DNA of 64,000 nt from Mobula hypostoma (taxonomy: Eukaryota). Below the pieces are notes generated by a model. It did no database searches. It worked only from the letters and a program-made list of their open reading frames with translations, and was not told the DNA's origin. Both the position numbers and the translations under genes were made by a program. The first letter of the stretch is position 1; every line of letters starts with the position of its first letter. Where the stretch lies: contig NC_086108.1 in NCBI RefSeq assembly GCF_963921235.1, forward strand, positions 67,768,001 through 67,832,000. Direction: 5' to 3'. Below are positions 1 to 14,219 of the stretch, in pieces.

Positions 1-756
1 AAAAGGTAATACCCAAGAACTTCAAGAACTTAATGGCGGCAGAAAGTAATCGCAGAGGCCTCTCAATCAACACCAAGAAGACAGAAAGCATGGTCATCTC
101 CAGAAAGGCAAACATCCCACAATGTGTGATCAAGATTGGAAATACAAACATCAAACAAGTCAACAAATTCAGATATCTTGGTAGCCTAATAACAAGTGAT
201 GGCAGGTGCTACACAGATATCAAATACAGAATAGCAATGGCGAAGGAAGCTTTCCAAAAAATGAAGACCATATTAGCAGACAGAAAGATGAGCACGTACA
301 CTAAAAACAGAATACTGCAGTGCTACATTTATTCTATCCTGACTTATGGTAGTGAATGCTGGACCATTTCTCCAGCAATGGACAACAGACTAGAAGCAGC
401 TGACTTATGGTTCTACAGGAGAACGTTAAAAATATCATGGGCCACACACACATCAAATGAAGAAGTTCTCAGAAGAGCCCAAGCAGTTGGATCACTCATA
501 CCAACAATAAGAGAAAGACAACTCAGATTCCTAGGACACATCATGCAGAAAGATGAACTAGAAAAACTCATGCTCTCTGGAAAGATCGAGGGGAGCAAAC
601 CTAGAGGAAGACCTCAGCTTATGTACATCAAAAGCCTAGCCAGGTGGCTACACATCAAGGAAATGGAAGTCATCCAAAGAACAAGGGATAGATCTGTATG
701 GAAAACCATGGTCACCAATGTCCGCATCGGATATGGTACCTAGACAGACAGACAGA
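1..756 (+). mobile_element. RTE-clade LINE 3' end (RT C-terminal region), cut by the window start
   Basis: ORF 33-743 with GLSINTKKT, FRYLGS, LTYGSECW, LRFLGHI and RGRP motifs typical of RTE; stop followed directly by a (CAGA)n tail at 741-756. Confidence 0.85.
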
Positions 757-3737
757 ATACCCAAGAAAGAAGTCTATGATGGCCAGGTTCTCCTCATGCT
801 CTTATCCAATCTCCATGTATCCACAGGGTACTCCACATCCATGGTGGTTGGTCTCTGGAGAGTTATCACTGCTCTGTTTTTATACACTTGTCTTAGCAGT
901 TCAAATGTTACATTTCAGTCTCCTTGGCTGTAGGTCATCTGACTGACCTATATCACCATCTTATTGGCTCTGGTTCAAGCCAGCATCCATCTATTGCCCT
1001 TTTCCACAAATGTCACTGGTAATTTATGGCTCTTTGTTCTAAATCAGTTAACAAATTAGTAATCAGTTTGAATCACTCAGGCAGACACAGGCATCACTAT
1101 TCACAAACCTGCATGTTATATCATACCAAAGAACACCTCACAAATAACTTCTTATTTGGAAATGAGCTCGAGTCCATCAATTGCCTGGAGCATCATTTCA
1201 TCTGCTTTAAAATACTGGTTCAGCCACAAAAAAAGGTCACAAAATGGCAGCCTCCATTCCATCAACCTCATGGCATGAACAAAGAACAAAAACAAATTTT
1301 TTCTACTTCTACTGTCATTGATTCATTTGAACTCATTGATTTGTGGTTGGTAGTTCTTCCTGGCGAACACTATCGTCTTTTATATTTTTGATTAGCATAC
1401 CTTTATATTTCATCTTTTCTCTCCTTATTGCTATTTTAGCAGTCTTCTGCTGATTTTTAAAAGCTCCCACTGCTTTTTGCTATATTATATACCTCTTTTA
1501 TTTTTAAATTGGCTTGATTCCCTTGACAGCCACTGTTGCTTCATCCTTCCCTTAGGATACTTCTTCACCTGAATCATGAATACTTCATACTGAATCACTG
1601 ATACTAAATCGCCTAGTTCCTCTCAAGTTTTTATTTGTTCAAAGCATGGGCTACTTGAAAGTCCTCTTTTATAGCTGATCCCTACTTAACCCAAGACCAT
1701 TTCAGAGGACAGTTAAAAATCAGGCACAGTAGTGCTCAAGAGTCACATCCAGGCCATGTGAGAATGCCATCAACTGTTCCACATCAATTATTCAGCCCTG
1801 AAAAGAATATTTCCATTAGACATCTTACATTGATGTCTATGGAGAAAAAGTCAAAATTAGACCCTTTTTAATGAAGAAAATGGATGTCTACTTAAAAGAT
1901 ATTCTGTGCACTATTTTCCTTAACTAGCTGGTTTATGTATGAAAGAACATCAGCTACAAGCTCATTGGATCTAATCACTAAATTGCTATAAACCTTAGCA
2001 ATCCCTTTTCACAACAGTATGTATATTAAACTCCATATGCTAAAGTGTGCGATGTAAGGCACATCATGGAACTTGTTAATGAATTTGATTGTAGATCACG
2101 CACAGGAAAATTGAAGGTTTACTTTATTATATATGATCCTTTGGTTCCATCCATAATGTACGTTAAAGTACTCAGGGACCAATACAACATTGAACTTAGA
2201 AAAGAAACAACCCTTAGCAGTCTGTAAAACATTAAACAATCCTTTAGTATTTTTGTATTTATAAACCATGGAGTAATTGCACTATTTAACCTCATCTAAT
2301 TTTAGGATTAGTGGGAAATGTTCACTCCAGTATTTAAGTGACAATGGGAAAGAAAAGCTAGAAGTGAAGAGAAGAACTACTGCATTGCGGATATTTATAA
2401 AGAACGAATCTATACATATGTGAAATGATATCATGCTATTATGTGTCATTTGCATTTAAGGGATTATCAGCAGAAATGCTGACCCATGTTAATTAGCTCT
2501 GAAACTTCACTTATCTTGAGTGTTTTCCTGAATGATTGTTGAACTAGTCTGCTGGGCCTAAAATATCAAGGGATCATTTTAAGAATCCTCTAAATGCTGC
2601 AGTGAATTAAGATCCTGTAACTGCAGAACTGCACTTATCAAAATTCCATTCACATTGTTCCATTGAACAGGTTGTGAGCTATTTGTCACACATGGCTGAC
2701 ACTCAAAACCCATTAGGTAGGACGACATTATTATTAAAAGGAAACTAGTAAAGCCTAATGAAGCTCAATTTGTTAGCCAGCTTAAAAACAGACCAAAAAC
2801 ATTGAGTTCTTTCCTTTTCACAGAAACATTTAGAGGTCAATAATGATTTATGAAACTGAATCTGCTGGCATTTGTTGTTAAACAAACATATTTAACTCAG
2901 CAAGCATTAATGGATTCATATTTTAAATGGAAGGCTATATTTAATAGATTGAAATTTCAAGGTTAACAGGCTCTGCTGAAGCTCCACAGAAGTATAGTAA
3001 TGTTTTTTTTATATATACTGTAGTGAACTAGTGGACTATCCTGCATGTAAAGATAAAAGAAAGCTTTTTAGAACCTTCTGTAACTTCAGTTGTCAGATCT
3101 TGCAAAGAAATATAACACAGCTGGAAAGCAAAAAATGAATTTTAATTTCTGATTAGAGAAGCAGTCTGCCTAAGAGAAGACAGGCTGGCAATATCAGCAG
3201 TCCCCTCAGGCGATTTAAATTGCAAAACCTCAAGGGTACATTTCTTCCATTGGACTCTGTTCATGTAAAGATATTCCCATTATTAAAATTGGTTGGACTC
3301 TGGAAAAGAACAGGATGCAAGTGGCAGGGAAGTCGCTGGTTTTACATGGTGGCAAGACCTTGGACAGAGAAGGTTAGGAGGAAAGATGTTAAAAATATAC
3401 CTGCCTCTAAATGATGAGACTTGATCTGCTCATATGGAGATGAGTCTGGCCAGCCTCAGGCAGATTTTGTTGGTATTCTCATATTTTAGAAACTGTTGTC
3501 AAGAGGACTTATGCAGGGTAAATTTCTCATAACCTTTTATCTGTCTACCTGTTTTCTGCAGGAATATTGTAAAGTTCTCCATAACAGATTTGCTGAGTCA
3601 CATTTTAATTACAAAGTCACTGAAAAGAACAAGTAATTAGCCTTTCTTCATAAACAGCTTTATCATATCACTATCAATTAAGTAGAAATTCTGTTGCTTT
3701 ACCAGTCTAAGATCAATGTCTGTATTTAAACCAGAAA

Positions 3738-4210
3738 TGGCCAGGGGGGTTGGGGGGGTGAGGTGGTGGGGGACAGGTGGCAGAGAAGCACTGCCAGGGG
3801 TGGGGGGGGGTGAGGTGGTAGGGGACAGGTGGCAGAGAAGCAGTGCCAGGGGTGGGGGGGTGAGGTGGTAGGGGACAGGTGGCAGAGAAGTACTGCCAGG
3901 GGTGGGGGGTGAGGTGGTAGGGGACAGGTGGCAGAGAAGTACTGCCAGGGGTGGGGGGTGAGGTGGTAGGGGATAGGTGGCAGAGAAGTGGTGCCAGGGG
4001 TGGGGGGGTGAGGTGGTAGGGGACAGCTGGCAGAGAAGTGCTGCCGGGGGGGGGGTTGGGTGAGGTGGTAGGGGACAGGTGGCAGAGAAGTACTGCCAGG
4101 GGTGGGGGGTGAGGTGGTAGGGGACAGGTGGCAGAGAAGTACTGCCAGGGGTGGGGGGTGAGGTGGTAGGGGACAGGTGGCAGAGAAGCACTGCCAGGGG
4201 TGGGGGGTGG
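3738..4210 (+). repeat. G-rich minisatellite, ~49-52 bp unit, about 9.5 copies
   Basis: Repeating unit CTGCCAGGGGT(G)nTGAGGTGGTAGGGGACAGGTGGCAGAGAAGTA; length varies only in the G run. Confidence 0.95.
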
Positions 4211-4594
4211 TGCAAGTGCAGACACACCCAGCCCTGAGACACCAGCCAAGGTCATTTGATTCCAGCAATTGGTTTAATGATCATTACCAAGTGTCTCTCT
4301 GGCGCTTCCTGCTCCCTCTCCTTGCCCTTCCCCTTTTTCCAATGATGATTCCCCTCTCCCTGCCTCCGTCCTACTCTCAGTCCACAACAGAGACCCATAT
4401 CAGAATCAGGTTTATCATCGCTAACTTATGTCATGAAATTTGTTTTTTTTTAAAACAGCAGCAGAACATGTAAGTACACAGCAGTATGGAGCAATACATG
4501 AAATTACTACAGTACTGTGTAAAAGTCTTGGGCACACTATCCACTATCTACGTACAGTATACGTGCCTAAGACCTTTGCACAGTACTGGGTGAG

Positions 4595-5145
4595 ACCACC
4601 ATCAGTCAGGGTCGACCATGGATGTTGTGTCCTAGCTGTCTAGATATGCAAGTCTGGGCAGCATGATATGGAGAGCAAGATGTTGCCTAAGTAGCAAGCT
4701 TCCCCTCTCCACACATCTGATGAACCCAAAGAAATGGCAGAGACTGATATAGTTCGATACCAGTAGTGCACAGGAATTGCCAGTCAGCGTTGAACTCAAC
4801 GTAGAATTCCAGCTCTGAATTTTTCCCTCAGCGTTTACTCCTGAAGCCTTCCTCATGAATGGGTTTAGCCGCAAGGCAGCTGAGGTTTGAGATCAGAGTT
4901 CTCCTTCTCCTGGATGAGCTGTCAACCATCTACCCAAAGCATCTGGTTTTAAGGCACCTGTCACCTGTCATTGCCCCTTCTCCTGCCAGTAGAAACAGTT
5001 CCACCGGGCTTAGTAGCTAAGCCACACATGAAGGCTAGGAGTTGGACTTGGTTGTCAGAGGCTATTTGAGGTGCACACCATTGGAAGCATTTAATAGGCA
5101 GTGGGAGCTTATCCTCATTACCATCCCCGGTTATAACAACCTTAA
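4595..5145 (-). mobile_element. Non-autonomous RTE-derived short element (5' UTR-like part joined to 3' end)
   Basis: Minus strand has GGAGAAGGAGAACTCTGATCTCAAACC, resembling RTE 5' UTRs, and ends ATCCATGGTCGACCCTGAC, resembling RTE 3' ends; no ORF. Confidence 0.55.
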
Positions 5146-5682
5146 GGAACAGTACCGAAGTCACGGAATGATTGAAGTAATTTTCACAGGTATGTAGTAG
5201 CATGTAATAGAAATCTCATATACACGTATACATCATACCAGTGTGGCCCAAATTTTTCTCATGGTGATGAAGGAATAACCATAAACGTTGACCTCTCAAA
5301 AGTTACTAGGCTTTGGAGCATGTGCATCATGATCTAATTTGATAGCGGTTATCTTATAAAGAAGAACTGCTATGTACAGCATCAATGCACAAATCAGACA
5401 GGTTTAACAGTCAGTCTGGTTGCAACTTTCAAGTAATAAAAATAGAGATAAATAACAGGGATTATAATTCAGACATTAATCATTATGCAGAAAGCAAAAT
5501 AAAGAATCATGAGAGGGAAAATGAAATATAATCAAATACAGAAATATATACCAATACTTTGAAAAGCTTTCAGAGTAAAAGGTGACTGCACTTACAAATT
5601 TAGTTTTCTCCCAAGGCCAGGGAGACTTTTCAACGGGAACTATGGCTAAATAAGTAAAATTAAATGAATAGTGCAATCAGGA

Positions 5683-6000
5683 TGGCACATTAGCATGGAA
5701 GTTTATGCAAAGTTTTAAAGCACCACCGATAATTGTTTGGTGTTCAGTTCTCATTGCGGTCTGTATATTCTCCCCGTTTCCTCGGGTTTCCTCCGGGTGC
5801 TCCCATTTCTTCCACCATTCCCAAGACATGCAGGGTAGGGTTAGTAAGTTGTTGGCTTGCTATGTCATTGCTGGAAGTATGGCAACTTTTGCGGACTGCC
5901 CCTAGCGTATCCTCAGACTGTGTGAGTTGTTAACACGAACACATTTCACTTAATGTTTGTTTCCATGTACATGTGGCAAATAAGGCTTATCTTTAAATCT
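5683..6000 (+). mobile_element. tRNA-derived V-SINE (HE1-like), degenerate
   Basis: V-domain-like TTCTCCCCG..GGGTTTCCTCCGGGTGCTCC..TTTCTTCCAC; same family as 26080-26425. Confidence 0.75.
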
Positions 6001-6189
6001 GCTTAAGCTTACTCGGGTACATCTGAATAACTGAGACTAAATGGATTCAATGATTTTCACAATGAGAATACTGTACAAAAAGATGAAGTTTAGGTAAAAT
6101 TGTATATTGACTGCGCTACAATGACTGTGCCCTATGGATTTCTCTGTTTTACTTGCAAGTGCAGAATCTAGAAGATTCTATAATAAAAA

Positions 6190-6350
6190 AGGAAAATACT
6201 GGAACACTCAGTACAGACAGCTTCTGTAACAGAGACACTGAGATAACATTTCCAGAATTCAAATCAGGTGCACAGATCTCACCTGGCCTGCTGACTGCTT
6301 CCAGCATTTTCCGTGTTTTTTTTTTCAGATTTCCAATATCTGCAGTTTAT
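6190..6350. repeat. Penelope-associated inverted-repeat (hairpin) element
   Basis: AAAATACTGGAACACTCAG ... CTGCTGACTGCTTCCAGCATTTT arms; related copies near 20055, 25430, 28020, 32905, 39655, 57920. Confidence 0.55.
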
Positions 6351-7249
6351 GATTTTGATTCCAGAAAATATTGTCGGCATTGCACATTAATGAGATCAAG
6401 CTCTAAGTAAAACCTTCACTAAAATCACAAAATCACATTTTATAAACAGCAACAGCCCTGATCAAACTCTTGATTGTAAGTCCCAGCAGCACAATTATAA
6501 TCATTAGTTTTAATGACCACTTACAGAGTAATCTGATTGCAAATTGATCCTTAATTTTTTTTATCATCATTTCAGTCATGCTGATTTGACAACCATGAGG
6601 CAATCAATATGATGAGTAATTGGTACAGTCAATGTCAGATACACTAAAATATGATCATCATTGTGGTCTATTCATGGAACTTGAAAACAGAGCACAACCT
6701 CCTTACCATTCTCATCACATGGATTTGTTAAACCTTAGAAATTCCAAAAACTCCATGAGCTGTCGGAGGATGGGACTTTTTCAGTAAACTGTCTTCTTCT
6801 GCCAACCCAGTTGGTTTTGCCATTCCTCTCAAATCCCAAGTTGAAGGTATCTAAATTGGAGTTCAGACCATTAATGGAACAAGGACCCTTTTCTGACAGG
6901 CATTAGCATTTGAGAACAGCACTTTCCACTTCTGGGAAACACAAGGGAGTATAGACTGTATGGTGCATACTTAAGGGAGAGGGTGAGGAGCAATTTCCGC
7001 TTCTAAAGGAGCAATTCCTACGTCTAGTGCACAGGTGGCTAATAGGAAACCCATCAAGTAGAAAGGTGCTTCCGTACACAAATTCTAGACTGTACATTTC
7101 AGATATGAAAAAAGTCACATATTTTAATTTTCACTCACTGCCATGCTATAAATTGCAGATATACTGATAAAATTAAATCAAGGCAAATATGTTTAATTTC
7201 AAAGAAGTCTTGTCATATATTGGCTGTGTAACTACCTTTAAGGATAGAA

Positions 7250-7350
7250 TATTGGGGTTGAGTGGGATCTGGGATCAGCCATGATGGAATGGTGGAGCAG
7301 TCTCGATGGGCTGAATGGCCTATTTCTGCTCCTATGTCTTATGGTCTTAT
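7250..7350 (+). mobile_element. CR1 LINE 3' UTR fragment
   Basis: GATCAGCCATGAT..GGGCTGAATGGCCTA..CTGCTCCTATGTCTTATGGTCTTA matches the 3' end of the CR1 at 14122. Confidence 0.75.
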
Positions 7351-7719
7351 ACACCATTTGATATAACTTCTGATATACTTCTGCATCAACCACTGCTGTG
7401 AATTGTGAATTTGTACATTATTAGCCATAAAGAAATGATATTTAGCCTGAAAATCTACCTTGTCCACTTTACCTTTATGAATGACAACTTGAAAAGAATC
7501 AGGAAGTGCTACATTGGTAAGAAGTAGGAGTTTGGGAATTAATACTCCAAATGCAAAGTGAAAATGATTAGAGCAGCCAAGAAGGTGGCTCGAGGAGGTC
7601 GCGAGTCTGATGGTGAGCTGGGAAAGTATTGGAATTGTTGCCACCATTTCTGAACATGAAATAGGTGGAGATTTTTCAAAACCATATGATACTGGGAGAG
7701 GACAAAGAATTGAGCGTCT

Positions 7720-8670
7720 TTTAAATGCTACATCTGTACTTGCCTCCACCACCTTCTCTTGCAGCTCATTCCAAGTATTCACCAGCCTTTTTTGTTCATT
7801 TCCCCTCAAATCCTTTAAGTTCTCCCCCTCACCTTAAACTTATGCCCTCTATTCTAGACTCCCCTGCCCTGCGATAAAAATTCTATCTATCCTATCTATG
7901 CCCCTGTTAATTTTGTAAACTTCCATAAGGTGACCCTCAGCATCCTACAATACCAATTGACAATAAACCATGCCTATTCAATTTCTCCTTTATAAGGGCT
8001 CTCCATTCCAGACAACATCTGGTGAACCTCTCCAGCTCTCTTCCTATTGCTGTCACATCCTTTCTGTACTGTACATCGGAAATGTACATAGTATTCCAAG
8101 TGTGGTCTAACCAACGTGATGCCCCACCTCATATACTCAATGCCTTGGCCTATGAAGACAAGTATACCAAATGTCTTTTTCACTCTCTATCCACCTGTAC
8201 CATCATTTTAAGGGAACTATGGACTTGCATCCCCAAACCTCTCCATATATCAGCTCTCTTCAGGTCAATGCCACATTCTCTATAAGCCCTGCCAGTATTT
8301 GACATCTCAAAGCGCACTACTTCCCATCTTCTAGATCAAATTCCATCAGTGACTGCTCTGCCCAACTTTCTACTTAATCTATATACCACTGTATTCTTGG
8401 ATATATTTCTTTGGTATCAATGATTCCATTAATCTTCATTTTCTTCTGCAAATGCACTATCATACCACATACATCCTTATACATAACTTATATATACATA
8501 CAAACACCGAAGGTCCTATCATCGATCCCTCTAGTATACAACTTGTTTTAGATTTTCTGTCAGAAAAACAACCATCCACCCCTGAACCCTGCCTCATATC
8601 AGCATACTCCGATGTGCCAACACACCACGCACCTTAGCATTCTGGACCAGGCTACCATGCAGGATCTAAG
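7720..8670 (-). mobile_element. Degenerate CR1 LINE (RT 3' part)
   Basis: Minus-strand ORF pieces LVRPHLEYYVHF and WNELQEKVVEA. Confidence 0.75.
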
Positions 8671-9918
8671 ATTGTTTTTCTATTTATATTTATTGTTTAT
8701 TTTCTGATTTTTTAAACTGCACTTTTTAGATTTATTATGTTTTTTAATGATGTATCATAAAGAATCATTTCATTCTCCTTTACACGCATGTACTAAAGAA
8801 TGGCAATGAACAGGACTCTCGAATCCTTCCTGGACACACTTGACAAGCTCCACCCTATCTAAACCTTTTGCACTAAAGAGGTGCCAGTCAATCTGGCTGC
8901 TCACCCTCTCCCTTAAGAATGCATCTTTTAGAGGTGCTAAAGAGATGAGAGCTTACAAACACTAACAGCTACAACTCTAAACCTAAAAATGTAGTTGTGA
9001 AGAATGAGGAACTGGCTTAGATTTTTCCAAAGCTTGGAAAGGGAATGACACAGCAATGCAAAGCAATAAGAAAAAAATAAGTAGGAATTATTACTCTAGT
9101 CTATGTAATACTTAAGTGATACTTGGGAATATTTTGGAAACTATATACAATTGCAATTCATTTGGTAATTAATGGGGTAATAGTCCATGTTAAGTTATAA
9201 CTGATGTTGAGAAATACATGTGACAGAATGTAATTAAGGTTTTGTATTGGTAGAGGAAGTGTAAGGAAGTGATAAGGAATTAAATGTGTTATTTAATTGA
9301 GGAATCATTCATTAGGTCTATGAGTATTGGGGCATAGACTGCTGAATTGTTAAGTTCATTTTATTTTATGGTGTTGTAGTTGGGATGATTAGGAAAGAGT
9401 AGATTTATGCCTAGGTTATTTGTATTCTGTCTTATTGAATTCGGATAGTTATTTTTTAAATGATATAATACATATCGATATTTACTATGATATATTTTAT
9501 CATTTTTAAAAGGGAAAGTAGTTTATTGTACACAGATCTTTAAGAGCTTTGTGTGAGAGATGTTATAATTTCTGATGCTCTGCTGTGTCTACCACTCCTG
9601 TTGGCTGGTTGTTAATACAGAATATTTGGCTCTCAACGTTTTACTTACCTGTCTTGCTACATAGAATATAGAAAAAAAGCTGATGAGTGGGACAATGGGA
9701 AGTTAAAGTCAGAAAATGATAATAACAATATTGTGTAAATATTTGTGCACATAATTTTCACTTTACAGATAGCAGACATTTTCACTGGTGAAGCAAAGGC
9801 TGTAAGACTGCAGTTACACTGGATACTTTATAAAAAATTATGCAGGTGCTTCTGCTTTGTATCAGTGGAAAAAAAAATTAATTTAACTCAAGCCAAAGGA
9901 GTATCAGTTCAGTTCTTT

Positions 9919-9922
<4 letters not shown>

Positions 9923-9949
<27 letters not shown>
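9923..9949 (+). repeat. (AC)n microsatellite
   Basis: About 13 AC units read directly. Confidence 0.95.
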
Positions 9950-11049
9950 GCCCACTTTGGGAAACCAATTTCATTTCACTAAGCATCATTAGCTGTATTG
10001 TATTGCTCTGCTCATTACATCCATTTACAAACACAAATTAAGTACTTTGTTTTAACTAGAGATAGAAATGAACAGTATTATTCATTGACATCTTATACAA
10101 ACGTAAAGAAAACTTGGGACTCAAATATGAACATAGCCACAATGTAAGAGAATGATACCCCACATCACAGAACTTTCCTCCCAACATTCAATCACAGTGC
10201 ATCATTAGTATTAACTGTAATACAAGTTCCAAGTTCAGTGACCTACACAGAAAAATAGAAGGTGTTAAACAGATAGAAAATATTGCTAGTAAATATATAA
10301 TCACTCTAATAACACTTTTCAAGCTTTGTTCAAACATTTGGCAAATCTTAATACTGCTTTCCATTAATCTTTTATTCAATAATTCAAAATAAACATGCTT
10401 TAGTTTTATTTATAGTTTACCAGTTCCCAAACAACAATAAAGCTAATGAAGAATATTCACAACCGTGATCATTATCACAGTTGCAGTTGTTCTGTGAGTG
10501 CAATCACTCAGTCTTGCTTGTGTATAGAGAATAATGAATGCCCAGGAGTGATTACAAGGCAGTAATCTTATTGAAGATCAAATAACATCATAAACCATGG
10601 GATGACATTTCAGCCCTGAAATTATTCCCAGGAGTCATTTTTTTCCTTGTGATTTGCTGTAAATTTCATGCAGACAATTTGAAAGCATGCTGAGATTTTT
10701 TTTGTTGTGGCAATGGACATGGCTAGTTTTACTTTTTTTCATATCAAATGCTACTATCTGAACCATGGTCTTTCTTAAAGTTTACTGACAGAAAACTTAC
10801 AAATGTTATGATCCATGGCATTAGTTTTCAGACAGTATTTTTTAAAAATTCCAATGTATGAAAAGAATACAGGAAATAAAAACAGAAAACACTAGCAATA
10901 CTAAGAGGGCCAGGCAGAATCTGGGGTGAGACAAACAAAAAGTTAACAGTTCAACCTGATGACTCAAAACTTTCCAGAACTTCCTGCCAGAAGTTTGCAA
11001 ACAATATTAAAATAAAATGATGTCATGGTCTGTAAAAAAATCATTGTCA

Positions 11050-11915
11050 AGAATTACAGCAGGATCTCGGTGATCTGGGTAAGTGGGCTGAGAGATGGCA
11101 AATAGAGTTTAATTTAAATAATTGAGAGATGTTACATTTTGGAAAGACAAATCAGGGTAGGGCATTCACAGTGATCAATACAGTCTGGGAGAGTGTTGCA
11201 GAACAGAATGACCTAGAAGTGCAAGTACACAGTTGCCTGAAATTGATTATCACAGGTCTCATTGTTTTTTGTCTATGATTACAAAAGACAGCTTTCAGCA
11301 TGATGGCTTTCATCAGTCAGGGCACTGAATATAAAAATTGGGATGTATGGTGCAGTTGTGCAAGATGTTGGTGTGGCACATTTCGAATATGGTATTCAGC
11401 TTTGGTCAACCTGCTATAGGAAGGATGCCATTAAGCTGGACATAGTGCAGAGAAGATTTATAAGGATGTTGCAGGATCTGAGGGACTAAGTTATAGGAAG
11501 AGACTGAGTAAGATAGGACTTTATTCATTGAAATGTCAGAGAATGAGATTTGATCTTATTGGAGTATATAACAGCACGAGGGGCAATAGACAGGATGAAT
11601 AAACACATGGCTGTAGAATGAAGAACCTGAGGGCAAAGGTTTAGGTGAGAGAGGAGAGACTTATTAGGAACCTGAAAGGGCAACATTTTTACCCCGAGGG
11701 TGGTCTAGATATGGTTGAGTTGCCAGTGAAAGCAGTTGAGGCAGGTACATTGACAACATTTAAAGGCCACTTGGACAGGTACGTAGATAGGAAAGATGTA
11801 GAAGGAAATTGGCCAAACAAAGGCAAATGTGAGTAGGTTAGATTGTCATCTTGGTTGGTATGGATCGGTTGGGCCAAAGAGCCTGTTTCTGTTCTGTTTT
11901 ACTCTAACACTCTAT
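11050..11915 (+). mobile_element. Degenerate CR1 LINE 3' fragment
   Basis: Homology to the RT C-terminus (ELPVKAVEAGTLTTFKGHLD) and 3' UTR ending TTGGGCCAAAGAGCCTGTTTCTG..ACTCTA. Confidence 0.8.
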
Positions 11916-12985
11916 AAATGATTGAAGATCATCAAGCTAACAAATTAATTTTGCCTCTCTATTTATTGTTGCCCATAGTATTTTATCTTTACAACAACAC
12001 ATAAGAACTGATGCAACAAAAATAAGGCTGCTGTCTAACCATAGCAACAGGTCTCTAAAAAAAAAGAATACAATTGACTGAGAAATTTCTCAATTGACCT
12101 GAGATATCAAAAAAATCAGTGGTGGAGAACTTCAGAAAAAAGGTCCAAAATCACCTGTTTTTCAAAGTGTACTGTCTATTTCAGCAATTTCCTTGCATAT
12201 AGAGAAGGAACAAATAAAATATACACAATCTGTTCTCTTTAAATAATGTTCTTCCAAATGTGTGTGTGAAGTTAAATGGCTGCCAAACAAAGTAAGCTGG
12301 ATCCATCTAGGCCCAGCTCGCTGCCTGTGGTGTTCACTTGCACTTTTTCACAATTAAAGAGGCTTTGATGAAGTGATGCTCTGCTCTGAAAAAGTGTGTG
12401 GGGCTCTTAAAGGTGTTTTAATAGTTTTTTTTTAATCCATCAGGTAGTCAGAGACATTCAAAAGTCATTCAGATATATTTAAGCAATAACAAAAGATATA
12501 TTTAATTAAAACATTAATAACCTAGCTACTATGGCATGTGATTATGTCATATTTTTCTTTACAAAAAAGAGGAAATTGGGTTAGTCAATTCTATACATGT
12601 TTAGACAGTGCAAACTATGAGCAGTGTGAGTAATGTTCCCATGAATGCTACTGTGTGAAGGTGCAATGGGACGTATGAATGTAGGCATAAATGTAGATAA
12701 ATACCGTTGGTAGATGAGTAATTGTGAGGTGTGATGTATTGTTAAGGTCTAAGACACCAATGTGTTAGAAAATACTTACTGATTTTGACCATGCAAACTT
12801 GCATCAGTTTCCTAATCCTCAGGTTAGATTTTTGGGACTGACTGCTAGAACTTTTCCTCCCACTTTCCAATGTCTGCCTGAAGAGACTACTGTGAGTAGC
12901 AGAAGCACTTCTATTTTTCACATCTGTACCAAAGGCTCAACTGCAGGGTCGGATAACAATGAAAATTGTATTCTTCCATATTGTG

Positions 12986-13723
12986 CGTTGTGACAGCAAC
13001 TGAGTCACTGGAGAAGCAAGAGAAGTTGTAGATATAGAAGTCTTTATTCATCATAACCAACAGACAATCACTTGGAGGCGCTCTTAGCAGAGTACCCCAA
13101 ACTCAAAAGTACATTACAATTTTTATACCCCTGAGATCAAAGGTAACAATAGGTGATACAATACAATTCCAGTAGTTACAATTACCTCATTTACTTCAAT
13201 ATTTTAGGTTGATAATGCTTCCTTCAAATTATACATCTAGAGTGGGAGACACATCTGAATGCTCAAACACCCTTGCTGGGACAAACTAATTGATACAGAA
13301 ATTCTAAGAACTTCTGAAGACATAGAACCAGATGTGCAAGATTATTGTCTGTGTGAGCTGACTCTCTGAGGACACAATAGATCAGCTATTGATTGCAACT
13401 ATACTTGTGACCATGTTTGATCTGCTAACTGACATGATCAGCCTGGTCTCCTAGCTTGAATTTAAGTCACAATGGTGCAAATAACTTAGCCATGTTGCCT
13501 GGTTTGATGCAAGCCAATTAACACAACCCCATTGCCTTAATGTTTGGCTCACTCATATGCAAACATCTCATGGTCAGCATTTTGCAAACCATATCTGGGC
13601 CAGCCGGTGCTTTTAACTTAAATTTACTGCTTGCAATTTACAATTTACATCAAGAACTGAAGACTGGTTCTCATTTGAATTAATATCTGCAAAACTCACG
13701 TAACTCGAGAATGCTCCCTAACA
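12986..13723 (-). mobile_element. Solo LTR (738 bp) with 5-bp TSD TTGTG
   Basis: TTGTG at 12981-12985 and 13724-13728; termini CGTT (likely mutated TGTT)...AACA; minus-strand TATAAAA near 13125 and AATAAA near 13045. Confidence 0.65.
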
Positions 13724-14219
13724 TTGTGCCTTTCTGCTTGTTTCCCAGGACAGAAAAATTCCAGGATCCATCCAGACCTTACCTTAACCACATTGCATCT
13801 TTCCATTATATAATTCTCATTGCATTTAAGTAGTATGGGCTAATTTTGTGGTGCCCTGGGCTCATAAAGAGATAATTAGTCTATGATTATAATGTTTAGA
13901 ACTGCCTGCACCCAACAATCATGTTGCCGTATTATAGCCCAAGACTCCATTAAGGGGTAGCATGAGGATAGTGTATCAAAAGAATGGAAATATCTTAATT
14001 GCTTATTGTGATCTATTTACATGGATGATGCAATCTGGCCATCGTGATTTTTACTAGGACAAACATAGAATACAGTTGAAATGAAGAGTCAAACTCAAAT
14101 ATCAGCTTGTTTTCCCTCTTTATAGAAACATAGAAACATAGAAAATAGGTGCAGGAGTAGGCCATTCGGCCCTTCGAGCCTGCACCGCCATTTATTATGA
14201 TCATGGCTGATCATCCAAC

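Noticed and set aside
3738..4210. CRISPR-like periodicity
   Set aside because: Units are contiguous without unique spacers, the context is eukaryotic and there are no cas genes
3637..4268. Three overlapping Pro-rich ORFs of 180-201 aa
   Set aside because: They are translations of the minisatellite's C-rich strand, open only because the repeat lacks stops
6903..7118. ORF containing FLLDGFP, reminiscent of adenylate kinase
   Set aside because: The following Arg and surrounding context are missing; a single short match is not enough
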